Assembly (NCBI RefSeq): GCF_004010195.1
Contig: NC_057718.1
Span: 23,606,612-23,659,476 of the forward strand
Origin: Chiloscyllium plagiosum
Taxonomy: Eukaryota
Length of the DNA: 52,865 nucleotides
Reading direction: 5' to 3'
Shown here: piece by piece, positions 10,871 through 21,809 of the stretch
Position numbering within the stretch: position 1 is the stretch's first letter
Layout of the letters: each line of letters starts with the position of its first letter
Notes under the pieces: model-generated
Seen by the model: the letters and a program-made list of their open reading frames with translations, nothing else
What the model was told of the DNA's origin: nothing
Database searches by the model: none
Translations under genes and position numbers: made by a program

Positions 10871-12496
10871 TTTATGTGAAGACAATTTTTACACAGAGAC
10901 AGGCTATTCTGCCCAATCAGTTCATGCTAATGATTGTGCTCAGTTCCATTCTCATTCTATCCTTTCTCATCTAGATCTACCATTGTTGCTATCCATTAAG
11001 GTAGGATGTGCAGATTCTGGAAAACATATATCAAAGAACAACGTTATTCATGAAACTCAAATATGGCAGAGGGCGGTCATGAGTAAAGAAAAAGCACTCC
11101 CACCAAAAATCATCTGCCCAGTGCCTCCTCAAATGTACATATTTGGAATTCCGCCATGCTTAGTTTGCAGCTTTCTGCTTTCCATTGGAAACTGTGGACC
11201 ACTAAATTGCTTCCAGTTTGATAAAACTATGATTGGCTTCTCGTCTGTACATTTCCACTGCCCTTGGCCAAATTTACAATGCTAATAATGGTATCACCAG
11301 TTACTAACATGGCTGGAAGTCACTGATATTACTTTGAATGATAATTCGTGGCAAACCGTTAAGTTTCACTATCTTTTTACCAGAAGGCATTCGTGTGCGT
11401 TCGTGTAATTCTTGCTCACAGATAGGTACATGCTCAAATTTTTTCAATGTTCTGTTTTCCCGTGATATTCCTATTCTTTAGACATCACTCTCAGTGATTG
11501 CGTTATTATGTAACATTCGTCTGTGTATCGGAAATTGGGCTGGATTTTAAGCAAAGCGTATTGCTCAACACCCCCGCACTGCCTCCACCTCCACCCATTT
11601 AATACTAAGGACAGCTCACCCCAAGTTAACAATCAGCCCACAAGTTGCCCATCACTCAAGCTGCATGGTGGCAATTACCCTGGTAGCTGAGTTAATTCAA
11701 CTGGTGACAGATTGAGGGCCTTAAGAAGTCCTTAATAGGTAACTGAAGGACTTTACGGTTAGTAACTCATTGCTACTCTGTGATATTTGAGCTACAAACT
11801 CACTACTTACACGAAAAAGATGATGATTAAAAGTCCCATGTGTAAGGGACAAGCATGGGTCATAGGTCAGTCAAGTTAACTTCACCTTGTGCATTCACCA
11901 GGTGTACTCTGAGCAAACAAAGCCCACCCTCCAGTGGCTTTCATTAACATGCAGGAGTCGTGGTCAAGTAACATCATCCAGATCTTGACGCTATTTTAGC
12001 TTTAGGCCACACACAATGCCAATCACACTCACAGAAGCTTGCCTCCAGGGTAATGATGCTGTCACAGACTAATAGAAAGTAGGATTGATGATCCTGCTAT
12101 CGGATAAAAGTTCTCCTGCTACAGCAAGCTAAATCAACAGCAATCTTGATCCACAGATTCAGCATTATCTATTACCATAGATTGTGGTGTATAAGGTAAT
12201 TCCTGAAGCCTTGAAAAAAAATCCTTCCAAAAACAGAGGTTGATTTCTCACCCATCTGTGCAGAGATATTATTCTACACTTCTGCAACAGGTAGGACTTG
12301 AATTCAGGATTCCTAGCTCAGAGGTAGGGACACTACCAATGCACCATAAGAGCCTCAGGGGCAACTTACATGCTGTATATAAACTGAGCCACTGGTACTG
12401 GTGTGGATAGTCGACATTTTGAAGTATGAAGAAAAAATAACACTAGTAACATAAATTAATTCAAGGTGACGCAGGTCATTGATTGGCATCTATAAT

Positions 12497-12776
12497 TGTA
12501 GAATCCCTATACTGTGAAAGCATGCCAATCGGCCCATTGAGTCCACATCAACCCTCCAAAAATCATCCCACCCCATCCCTTGAAAGCCTACATGTCCCAC
12601 GGCCGATCCACCTTGCTTGCACATCTTTGGACTATGGGAGGAAACGAGAGCACCCAGCTGAAACCCATGCAGACATGTGGAGAACGTACAAACTCCACGC
12701 AGTCACCCGAGAATAGGAATCAAACCTGGGTCCATGGCACTGCGAGACAGCAGTTGCTAACCACTGAGCCACCGTG
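12497..12776 (-). mobile_element. HE1-type V-SINE (diverged)
   Basis: Colinear with 5098-5402. Confidence 0.85.
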
Positions 12777-13419
12777 TCTATGTTAATTCTAAAAGGATGT
12801 TTTTAAGCAAAACAAAAATCTGTCAAATTTACTGACTTCAATATTCTGTGTGAAGAGTTCACAAAGTTCAGTCTGATCCAAATCACCAAGATGGCACTGT
12901 CAGAACCTCACTCTGATCCAGGTTCCTCATTTTCAGTTTCAGAGGCATGCCCCCCAAATCACCTTCCTGCCCATCCATTACCTATTCCACATTTTTTGAA
13001 TGATTTGCTGGCATTTTGTGTGTTCATCCCATCCCAAGATTTTAACTCAAAACCACACAAAATTTTGGATGAGACAACACTCATTTGGGTAAAGAGTTGT
13101 TCTCTGTTAACCATTCACATATTCCATTCAGTGTTAACATGATCCCTGAATGATGTGTGTAGGTGCACATTCAAAGGGTGAACAACGAACATTAGGTCAT
13201 CCAGCATAACTATATTTGAATGGTGTTTCTTCAAAGACATCTCTTGATCTCATTGGGTATAAGCTATGTGTTTTGTATAGGCCGCAGGATGTCTAATCCA
13301 CAGAATACCATGCTGCAGCCTCACTGCAATCTATTGCTGTCACAAATATGCACAAAAGCTCTGACAGTGGATTTGATGTTCAACGTGGTTTTATATTTGA
13401 AAATTAACATAGGCTTAAT

Positions 13420-13635
13420 TATATCCGTGGAATTCTTTACCACAGAGGGCTGTCAAGGCTGGGACATTAAAGAATATTCAAGCTGAGCTGGACAGTTTGT
13501 AATCACTAAGGAATCAGGGGTGATAGGGAAAGGGTAGGAAAGTGGAGTGGATGATTATCAGATGACCCATCATCTCACTGAATGACAAAGCAGACTTAAT
13601 GGGCTGAATGGCCTCCTTCTGTTGCTGATGGTCTG
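13420..13635 (+). mobile_element. CR1 LINE 3' end
   Basis: GTGGAATTCTTTACCACAGAGGGCTG...AATGGGCTGAATGGCCTCCTTCTG. Confidence 0.7.
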
Positions 13636-13849
13636 AGCCAAGACACACTGTACTATCATAACTCTTGTCTTTTCATGTCCTACCATTTTCATTAGAACTG
13701 TTTTCAAGTCTTTCCACTCCACAGTTAATTGTTTGGCCTATTAAAATTGATGGATGTGTTATCCATGTTACCAGGGTAATGGGATAGCTATTCAGGTTTG
13801 TGATGCTGTCTCAATGTGGCTGAAAATTATGGGAAGCGTGTGCATTGGA

Positions 13850-14697
13850 AAGATATACAGAGGATCTTGGGGTTGAAGTCCATAGCTTCCTGAAATTGGC
13901 CACGCAAGTCGATAGGGTGATAAAGAAGGTGTATGACATGCTTTCATTCATTGGTCGGGGAATTGAGTACAAGAGTCAGGGTTTGGAGATGCCAATGTTG
14001 GACAACCACCACTTCCACAACCACCTGATGAAGGAACAGCAATCCGAAAGCTAGTGCTTCTAATTAAGGTGTTGGACTGTAACCTGGTGTTGTGTGATTT
14101 TAAACAAGAGTCAGGGTGTTATTTTGCAGTTTTATAAGACTTTGATTAGGCCACACTCAGAGTATTGTGTTCAATTCTGGTCGCCACATTGCAGGAAGGA
14201 TATGGAGGTTTTGGAGAAGATTCAAAAAGAGGTTTACCAGGATATTGCCTGGATTAGAGCGTATCAGCTATAAGAAGAGGTGAGAAAAAACTCAGGGTGT
14301 TTTCTCTTGAGTGACAGAGGCTGAGGGGTGACTTGATAGAAGGTTATAAAATTTTGAGATGCATAGTTAGAGTTGACGGTCATAATCTTTTTCTCAGAGT
14401 TGAAATATCTAATAGCAGGGAGCATGCATTTGAAGTGAGAGGGAGAAAGTTCAAAGGAGACACGAGGGGCAAGTTTTTTTACAGAGAGAGTGGTAGGAGT
14501 CTGGAATGTGCTGCCAGTGGTGTTGGTGGTGGTGGCAGGTACACTTAGGACATTTAAGGGACTTTTGGATAAACACATGAATAGTGGAGGGATGTGGACC
14601 AATAGCAGGCAGAAGGGATTTGTTTAATTTGGCGTCGTGTTCGGCACAACATCGTGGCCAAAGGGCCGTTCCTGTGCTGTAAAGTACTGTGTTCAAT
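13850..14697 (+). mobile_element. CR1/HER1-type LINE 3' part
   Basis: DLGVEVHSFLKLATQVDRVIKK and LIRPHSEYCVQFWSP; 3' UTR ending GTGCTGTAAAGTACTGTGTTC. Confidence 0.85.
13983..14103 (+). mobile_element. PLE family C pseudo-LTR insertion
   Basis: 14-bp TSD ACAAGAGTCAGGGT (13969-13982, 14104-14117); contains CTGATGAAGGAACAGCAATCCGAAAGCTA hammerhead layout. Confidence 0.75.
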
Positions 14698-14699
14698 AT

Positions 14700-15095
14700 G
14701 GGAGAGAGTGCAGAAGACATTTATAAAAGTGGTTCTGGGGAAGAGGACCTTCTTTTATGAGAATAGACTGGAGAAGCTGGGACTGTTTCCTTGAGGAAGG
14801 TAAATGCTTCTTGGCCATTTGAAAGAAGTTTCAAAAAAGCTCAGGATTCTGAACAGAGTAGAGAGGGCGAAACTGTTCCTGCTCATAAAAAGAAAAAGGG
14901 CACAGTTTTAAAGCATTTTGCAAAAGAAACAAATAGAAGTTTGCACAGCAAAATGTGGTGGAAGCGCGTTTAATTGAGGCATTCAAGAGGACACAGAAAC
15001 AATGTGCAAGATCATGGGGAAAAGTGGGCGTGAAGTGAAAATGCACAGAGAGCTGGTGCATACACAATGTGGCCTGTTTCTATGCTACAATACTG
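14700..15095 (+). mobile_element. Older CR1 LINE 3' fragment
   Basis: GAGAGAGTGCAGAAGACATTTA...GACTGGAGAAGCTGGGACTGTTTCC (ERVQKTF..RLEKLGLF). Confidence 0.6.
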
Positions 15096-15151
15096 GAAAG
15101 CTGTGAGCCTTTGTTTAATAGTTATTAGAAGTAAAAGAAAAAAATGAATGG

Positions 15152-15336
15152 TTAGAAAAACAACAAAGAACTGTGGCTGCTGGAAATCAGAAATGAAAAC
15201 AGAGACTGCTGGGAAATCTCAGCAGCTCTGGCAACATCTGTGGAGAGAAAGCAGAGTTAACGCTTTGCATCAGTGAACCTCCTTCAGAACTGAAGAATGG
15301 TCACTGGAGCTGAAATATTAACTCTGCTTTCTCTCA
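15152..15336. mobile_element. PLE family D inverted (hairpin) insertion
   Basis: GAGAGAAAGCAGAGTTAA ... TTAACTCTGCTTTCTCTC inverted pair; flanked by AAAAAAATGA(A/G)TGG at 15138-15151 and 15337-15350. Confidence 0.65.
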
Positions 15337-15479
15337 AAAAAAATGAGTGGCCCTATTTATGGCATGCACATGGCTACTACATCCAGTAACCTACAGTGAA
15401 TAGAACCAAATATGAGATTGACTGAACAAGTAATGGATGTTGATTACATATTAAGTTGATCATGGCTGATCTGGATCTT

Positions 15480-15828
15480 GACATCATCCCATTGTGGCAG
15501 TGATAGTTTATGGTTCTTGGTCATCTACTTCCATGTTGATAGCTTCATCTTTACTTGAAAGGGTGGAATACTATCATATGAAGATACATGTTCTCATGAA
15601 AATCAGTCTTGGTATTCTGGTTTTCTTCCAAAGATGCTTACTGTAAGATGCTCAGTTCCTAAAACATATTGGCATCATTAATTTGATGCTTTAACAGCTG
15701 GTTTTGGCTCTTTTACTATCTCTGTAAATGTCCCACTTCCTTAAAAATGTTGCATTGGTGTGTTAAATTTGGGCAATGCTTCTGCTAATGTATTTTTCTA
15801 AAGTCTACATCTGAAAGAGTAACTTCTA
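15480..15828 (-). pseudogene. Fossil Ty3/Gypsy (Mag-like) gag zinc knuckles and protease remnant
   Basis: Minus strand: SFRCR...H*QKHCPNLTHQCNIFKEVGHL (double CCHC knuckle), then AINMEVD resembling the 'MEVDTGA' aspartic-protease motif. Confidence 0.65.
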
Positions 15829-16307
15829 GTTGCTGTGGTTCTGTTCGCCGAGCTGGGAATTTGTGTTGCAGACGTTTCACCCCTGTCTAGGTGACATCCT
15901 CAGTGCTTGGGAGCCTCCTGTGAAGCGCTTCTGTGGTGTTTCCTCCGGCATTTATAGTGGTTTGAATCTACCGCTTCCGGTTGTCAGTTCCAGCTGCCCA
16001 TTGCAGTGGTTGGTATATTGGGTTCAGGTCGATGTGCTTATTGATTGAATCTGTGAATGAGTGCCATGCCTCTAGGAATTCCCTGGCTGTTCTCTGTTTA
16101 GCTTGTCCTATAATAGTAGTGTTGTCCCAGTCAAATTCATGTTGCTTGTCATCTGCGTGTGTGCCTACTAAGGATAGCTAGTCGTGTCGTTTCGTGGCTA
16201 GTTGGTGTTCATGGATGCGGATCGTTAGCTGTCTTCCTGTTTATCCTATGTAGTGTTTTGTGCAGTCCTTGCATGGGATTTTGTACACTACATTGGTTTT
16301 GCTCATG
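15829..16307 (-). mobile_element. PLE family P (Penelope/Poseidon-type) inverted 3' copy with GIY-YIG endonuclease
   Basis: Reverse complement translates MSKTNVVYKIPCKDCTKHYIG*TGRQLTIRIHEH...; about 95% identical by eye to 19338-19764. Confidence 0.9.
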
Positions 16308-16309
16308 AG

Positions 16310-16333
16310 AGCTCGGCGAACAGAACCACAACA
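16310..16333 (+). repeat. 24-bp tail-less PLE pseudo-LTR terminus at the inversion/cargo junction
   Basis: AGCTCGGCGAACAGAACCACAACA, identical to 19739-19762. Confidence 0.85.
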
Positions 16334-16369
16334 GTTCTGTTTTTAATCGCTGAAAAAATTATTGAGTCT

Positions 16370-16530
16370 GTATATCTTACATCTCACCTTTAAACTTCTA
16401 CTGTTTCATTTGTGTTGCCTTATCTGCCAAATGTCATTTCACCAGTCCATGTTCTTCTGAAATTTGTTGCTCTCTTCCTCATTGTTTACTACATTTCAAA
16501 GTTTCATAACATCTGCAAATGTAGAAATTT
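16370..16530 (-). mobile_element. Old CR1 RT fragment (inside cargo)
   Basis: Reverse complement translates FADVMKL*NVVNNEEESNKFQKNMD. Confidence 0.55.
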
Positions 16531-17729
16531 GCATTTTCCCATTATTTAACCATAGAAACTAGTTAAATACTTTTCATGGAGCTGTAAGTTTATAAATAGT
16601 TTTACAAACATTATTTTCCCCTTTCTAGTTAGTAATAGAATTAACTGATCTTACTTGGCAACAGCCTTTTTCTTTGTCTAAAGATACCACAATCTGTGTT
16701 GCCAAGGTGCTCAGCCTCAACTTGCATTCAAATATTGATGTGCTATGGATGTCACTGTGCATGTTTGTACCAGTACTTTTCCACTCCTCAAGTCTGAGCT
16801 TCAGCCAGGCTGTCAGAAAAAGTCATTCTACTTGAGCCCTGAAACTACTTGGTATAGAACAGCTTTTAAATCATGATATTAAGAATGGCATAACCCAGAC
16901 TGCTTTACAAGCAGTTCACTAGTTGTTGAAATGTAGTCATTGTTATAATGTAGATATTACTAAGTGATGTAACTAGATATTAGCAGGCAATTAATCTTTC
17001 CTTATTTTAGAACATGCGACTGCTGTATTACCATTGATGGGACTCTTCTGATGGCCTAATATGCAAAGGTATCAAGATGAAAAGAGCAGAGGTTGGAAAT
17101 ACTGTGCTACGTTAGGCCAGTGGTTCTCAACGTGGTTCACAGACCATGACTGGTTGACAATGATCCTCCAGGTTAGAGGCTGACCCAAAATGTTAGCCAC
17201 TGAACTACAACACCATGGCCAAGTTTATACAAGAGAACAGACTAAAAGCCTCCTCTCTATCACTCACATGATGTCACACAACAGATCAGCTCCTCCATGC
17301 ATGGCATAAGCTTGACCAACAATATTGTTTTATGAGCAAGATTTATGTTACGTTACAACATATAAATGCAAGACTGGATTTTCAAATCCTTATGTGCTGA
17401 AAATGAAGAATAACTGCTGCATGTAGAATCCAATTAGAGACTGAAGCTCTTCAGCTTAGAGCCAGGTATCACTCTTGGAAATCCCATCAAAAGTAACAAT
17501 ATACTTCCCATTAATTTTGCTGAGTTTTATTGAAATGGCAAACAAAAGCAGATATGATAGGTGATCCATGTTCATAGGTGCTCAGACAAAAATGTTTAAG
17601 AACCACTGAACTAACATCAAGGTCCTATCATTTGTCTGGGCTAGAAGGGCAGGGAGCAGAGTATGGATTGACAGTAAAAGGTACTCATAGGTCTTTCTCC
17701 TGGTCATCACAATGGTGTCCAATGACATA

Positions 17730-18460
17730 CCACAGGAATCAGTGCTGGATCCTTATTGTTTATGATATACAAATGATGTAGATGAGCGTGTGCGGGGAAT
17801 GATAAGTAAGTTTGCAGATGACAAAGATTGTTTGGTGGTTACTAGTGAGAAAGAAGATCCTAGATTATAGGAAGATATAGACAGTTGATAAAATGACATA
17901 AACTATATGAGCAGGGAGGTTATGCTGGAGCCATACAAAACTTTGGTTAGCTCACAGCTGGAGTACTGGGTGCAGTTCTGGTCATCACACTGTAGGAAGA
18001 CGGCGATTGCACTGGGAGATGTGCAGAGGATATTCACCAGGATGCTGGCTGGGTTGGAGTGTTTTTCTTTGAAGATAATTTGGATTGACATTTTTTTGGA
18101 ACAGGGTGGGGTGGGGAAACTTAATTGAGGTGCATAAACAGGATAGATAGAAAGCAGCTATTCACCTTAGTTGAGGGGTCAATAACAAGGGAGCATAATT
18201 TTAAGGTGAAAAGTGGGAGGTATAGAGGGGATTTGAGGAATTTATTTTCATGTAAAGGGTGGTGGGAATCTGGAATGCACTGCCTGGGAGGGTAGTAGAG
18301 TTGAGAAACCTTGCAAACTTTAACAAGTTTCTGAATGAACACTTGAAATGTCGTAACATTCAAGACTATAGGTCAAGTGTTGGAAAGTGGAATTAATTTA
18401 GATAGGTTGGAAGAGACTTGATAGGCCAAAGGTCCCCTTCTGTGCTACATGACTATGTAG
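17730..18460 (+). mobile_element. CR1/HER1-type LINE 3' part (inside cargo)
   Basis: PQESVL, ISKFADD and YKTLVSSQLEYWVQFWSSH; internal deletion; 3' UTR present. Confidence 0.85.
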
Positions 18461-18791
18461 TGGCTAGTTTTGAAGATGCATCAGTGAACACAGGATATTG
18501 CTAGGCCTTGACCCCAAGACAATTAGCACATCTGTTTAGCAGAAATACCAGAGGGTTAACAGTACAATTAAAAATATACATCAGCAACTGTCAGTAACAA
18601 ATGGAAAAAGGTAAGGATGGATAAAAGAATATTTTATATCTACAGAAAACTTTTGTTTTTTGCCACAAGAAGTTCCTCCAAAGCTAGAAACCACAAGTAA
18701 AAGATTTTTATGTTCACAAATTTTTATTTTAGGATGTTCATTACTGCAGTCAGTGCCAAACCACATGAAATTGACAAAATATAAACTATTC

Positions 18792-18810
18792 TGACCACCA
18801 GAGGGCCACA
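18792..18810 (+). promoter_or_regulatory. CTCF-like motif
   Basis: TGACCACCAGAGGGCCACA against the core CCACYAGRGGGC; motif match only. Confidence 0.4.
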
Positions 18811-19337
18811 GATTTACTTTATATTCAAAACAAAATGGGTGAACTTCTTTGCAAACATTCCCTTTTTAGGATAAGTTTCCAACGATGATTTCGAATGCTA
18901 CAAGCTCACTTTTTTTTAAAAAAAGGGACTCTTGATAATAATAAAACTAAGCATTGTTTCAGCAAATCGAGTAAATAACATTCCAATTTAAAAGAAAATG
19001 TGCTATATCGTGAGATATATTACCTTCACCTTTTTAAAAAATTGCTCCTCAATTTTTCCAGTTTTCCAAATCTGAAGGAGTTGACACTTGCGGTTTCAGG
19101 GCGTGTGTAATGTTTGAACATCAACGGTACACTGTAGGTTACAGACGGAAAGATTCTGTTGTCATGCCGTAGCTAAAGACACATTTTTAAGCTTTCATAA
19201 TATTTCCCCCCATCCCCGTCACACTCCTTTTTAAAATCTCAATATTGAATTGAACCAGGCCAGACGGCGATTTCCCTCCTCTTTTCCAACTGTTGTTTCC
19301 TCCCATAATAGTTGCTCCAGAAGACATCTGAATTGAT

Positions 19338-19800
19338 CACTACATAGGACAAACAGGAAGACAGCTAACGATCCGCATTCATGAACACCAACTAGCCACG
19401 AAACGACATGAACAGCTATCCTTAGTAGCCACACACGCAGATGACAAGCAACATGAATTCGACTGGGACAACACTACTATTATAGGACAAGCCAAACAGA
19501 GAACAGCCAGGGAATTCCTAGAGGCATGGCACTCATCCACAGATTCAATCAATAAGCGCATCGACCTGGACCCAATATACTGACCACTGCAACGGACAGC
19601 TGGAACGGACAACCGGAAGCGGCAGATTCAAACCACTATAAATGCCGGAGGAAACATCACAGAAGTGCTTCACAGGAGGCTCCCAAGCACTGAGGATGTC
19701 ACCTAGACAGGGGCGAAACGTCTGCAACACAAATTCCCAGCTCGGCGAACAGAACCACAACAACGAGCACCCGAGCTACAAATCTTCTCGCAAACTTTGA
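19338..19800 (+). mobile_element. PLE family P 3' copy: GIY-YIG C-terminal part, pseudo-LTR and ~35-nt tail
   Basis: 19338-19583 translates HYIGQTGRQLTIRIHEHQLATKRHEQLSLVATHADDKQHEFDWDNTTIIGQAKQRTAREFLEAWHSSTDSINKRIDLDPIY*. Confidence 0.9.
19686..19726 (+). ncRNA. Minimal type I hammerhead ribozyme motif
   Basis: GCA-CTGAGGA-TGTCACCTAGACAGGGGC-GAAA-CG-TC-TGC; stem I GCA/TGC flanks the CUGANGA, GAAA and UH elements. Confidence 0.6.
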
Positions 19801-19812
19801 GTAACTTCTAGT

Positions 19813-20930
19813 ATTAAATGAATAAACAGGATTTTATGTTGGTCTATCATGCAATGCTTTAATGTTTTTCACCTTAAGAAGTCAATGAATTCTCATGAAT
19901 TCTTGAGCTAGTTCGACTTTCTTTTCACGTCATTCTCTTCTGTTTTGGAATTTCAGTTTCCTCCACCATTTCAACAGTTTTTTTGAATGCGTGATCCTCT
20001 TTTGATGGTGATATATCAGAAAGAGTTGTATCAAAAAGTATAAGAACAATTCTGTCTCGAATTAGTTCTGTTGTAAATCACCACTATCACAAAATTCTGA
20101 CAATGTTCTGCATGTAGGTTTGCTCACTGAGCTGGAAGGTTTGTTTTCAGACGTTTTGTCACCATACTAGGTAACATCATCAGTGAGCCTCCGGATGAAG
20201 TACTGGTGGCATGGCTGCTTTCTATTTATGTGTTAGCTTTCTTTGGGATGATGATGTCATTTCTTGTGGTGATGTCATTTCCTGTTCTTTTTCTCAGGGG
20301 GTGGTAAATAGGATCCAGGTCAATGTATTTGTTGATAGAGTTCCAGTTGGAATGCCATGCTTCCAGGAATTCTCATGCATGTCTGTTTGGCTTGTCCTAG
20401 GATGGATGTGTTGTCCCAGCTGAAGTGGTGTGCTTTTTCATCTATATGTAAAGATACTAATGAGAGTGGGTCATGTCTTTTTGTGACTAGTTGATGTTCA
20501 TGTATCCTGGTGGCTAGTTTTCCTCCTGTTTGTCCAATGCAGTGTTGTTATAGTTCTTGCATGGTATTTTGTAAATGACATTAGTTTTGCTTCATCCGGA
20601 GGCTCACTGATGATGTTACCTATTAGGCTGACGAAATATCTGAAAATGAACCTTCCAGCTCAGTGAGCAAACCTACATCCAGAACCTCAACCTGAGCTAT
20701 AAATCTTCTCAAAACTCACTAATTCTGACAATATGTAAAGATCATTAATAAGATTATCCACAGATTCTCCAGAAAGCTACATTCTTCTGTTAAATCTTGT
20801 TCTTTCTATTATATGATTGTTATTTGATTAAAGCAATTGTCAAATCCTCTTATAATACCTGCAGAAGTATTTCCCTCGTCTCTTATACTTTGTTTGAACA
20901 CATGATCACATGAACACATCAGATCGGATT
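19813..20930 (-). pseudogene. Fossil Ty3/Gypsy (Mag-like) gag capsid region, split by the PLE at 20105-20720
   Basis: After removing the PLE: IIERTRFNRRM*LSGESVDNLINDLYILSEFCDSGDL/TELIRDRIVLILFDTTLS..KKTVEMVEETE, matching the 'ERARFNxR..GESVDxFIxDLYxLAExC..IRDRIVxG' gag pattern. Confidence 0.75.
20105..20720. mobile_element. PLE (family P relative) inverted insertion with GIY-YIG remnant
   Basis: Arms ~20105-20200 and ~20590-20685, 35-nt tail 20686-20720, 12-bp TSD AATTCTGACAAT (20093-20104, 20721-20732). Confidence 0.9.
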
Positions 20931-20932
20931 CT

Positions 20933-21425
20933 TATTTATTTATTATTAACAGATATTTATTATTACTCATGGACTGGCGTTTATTGCCCATTCCTAGTTC
21001 CCCTTTAGAAGGTGGTGGTGAGCTGCCTTCTTGAACTGCTGCAGTCCATTTGGTGTAGGTGCACCCATAATGCCAGTAAAGGGGGGAAGCTCCAGGATTT
21101 TGACCTAATGGCACTGAAAGACTAGAGATATATTTCCAAGTCAGAATGGTGTGTGGCTTGGAGGTAAACTTGCAGTTAGGGTGTTCACATGTATTTGGTG
21201 CACTTGTCATTCTAGATGGTAGCAGTTGTAGGATTGGAAGGTATTGTGAAAGGAGCCTTTGTGAATTCCTGCAGTACATATTGTAGGTAGCCCACAGTGC
21301 TGTTGTTGAGTATCATTGGTGGAGGAAGTGGATGTTTATGGAAATGGTGCCAAACAAGCGGGCTGCTTTGTCTTGGACGGTGTAAAACTTCTTGAGTGTT
21401 GTTGGAGATGCACTCATCAAGGCCA
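20933..21425 (-). mobile_element. LINE family B 3' part
   Basis: Colinear with 1178-1520 and 3404-3962. Confidence 0.8.
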
Positions 21426-21429
21426 ATGC

Positions 21430-21610
21430 TGCCTTGACATCAAGAGACTGTCATACAAGAAATATGTGCTCTTGTTCTTCTCTGGGCTTCTTATGTAATG
21501 TTGAAACAATTCTATTTCACATTAATTGTCTATTCTGTATAATGCAATTCAATCATCAGTCTGAAGGGCTTTTGATTTTATATCAGCTTGGAGTTATAAT
21601 ATATTTCTCC
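21430..21610 (-). pseudogene. Possible N-terminus of the same fossil gag
   Basis: EIELFQHYIRSPEKNKST..SLLM at the position expected for the gag 'WxxWxxxFxxY' segment; weak. Confidence 0.3.
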
Positions 21611-21809
21611 ATTGTCTTTACATTTTATTGCTGTGGTACTTATTTCAAACAATTCAGTTGAAAGCTGTTGAAGGAAGTTTCTAATTTCTTATAGATAGAA
21701 TTTGATTTTACTCTTCAGTGTTTCAAAATGTAGTTGTTTTAAATGTGAAGTCGTCAGCAAGTTTTCTAAAGATGTAATTATCTTTTTCTTGAACGACTCA
21801 ATGATGATT

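Noticed and set aside
11384..11425. Possible 42-nt exon (TTTTTACCAG|...TAG|GTACAT; EGIRVRSCNSCSQI)
   Set aside because: Weak donor, unrecognised peptide and no partner exons.
19324..19332. ACATCTGAA shared between the cargo right end and the left flank (15807-15815)
   Set aside because: Nine bp, offset from both junctions; cannot be distinguished from chance.
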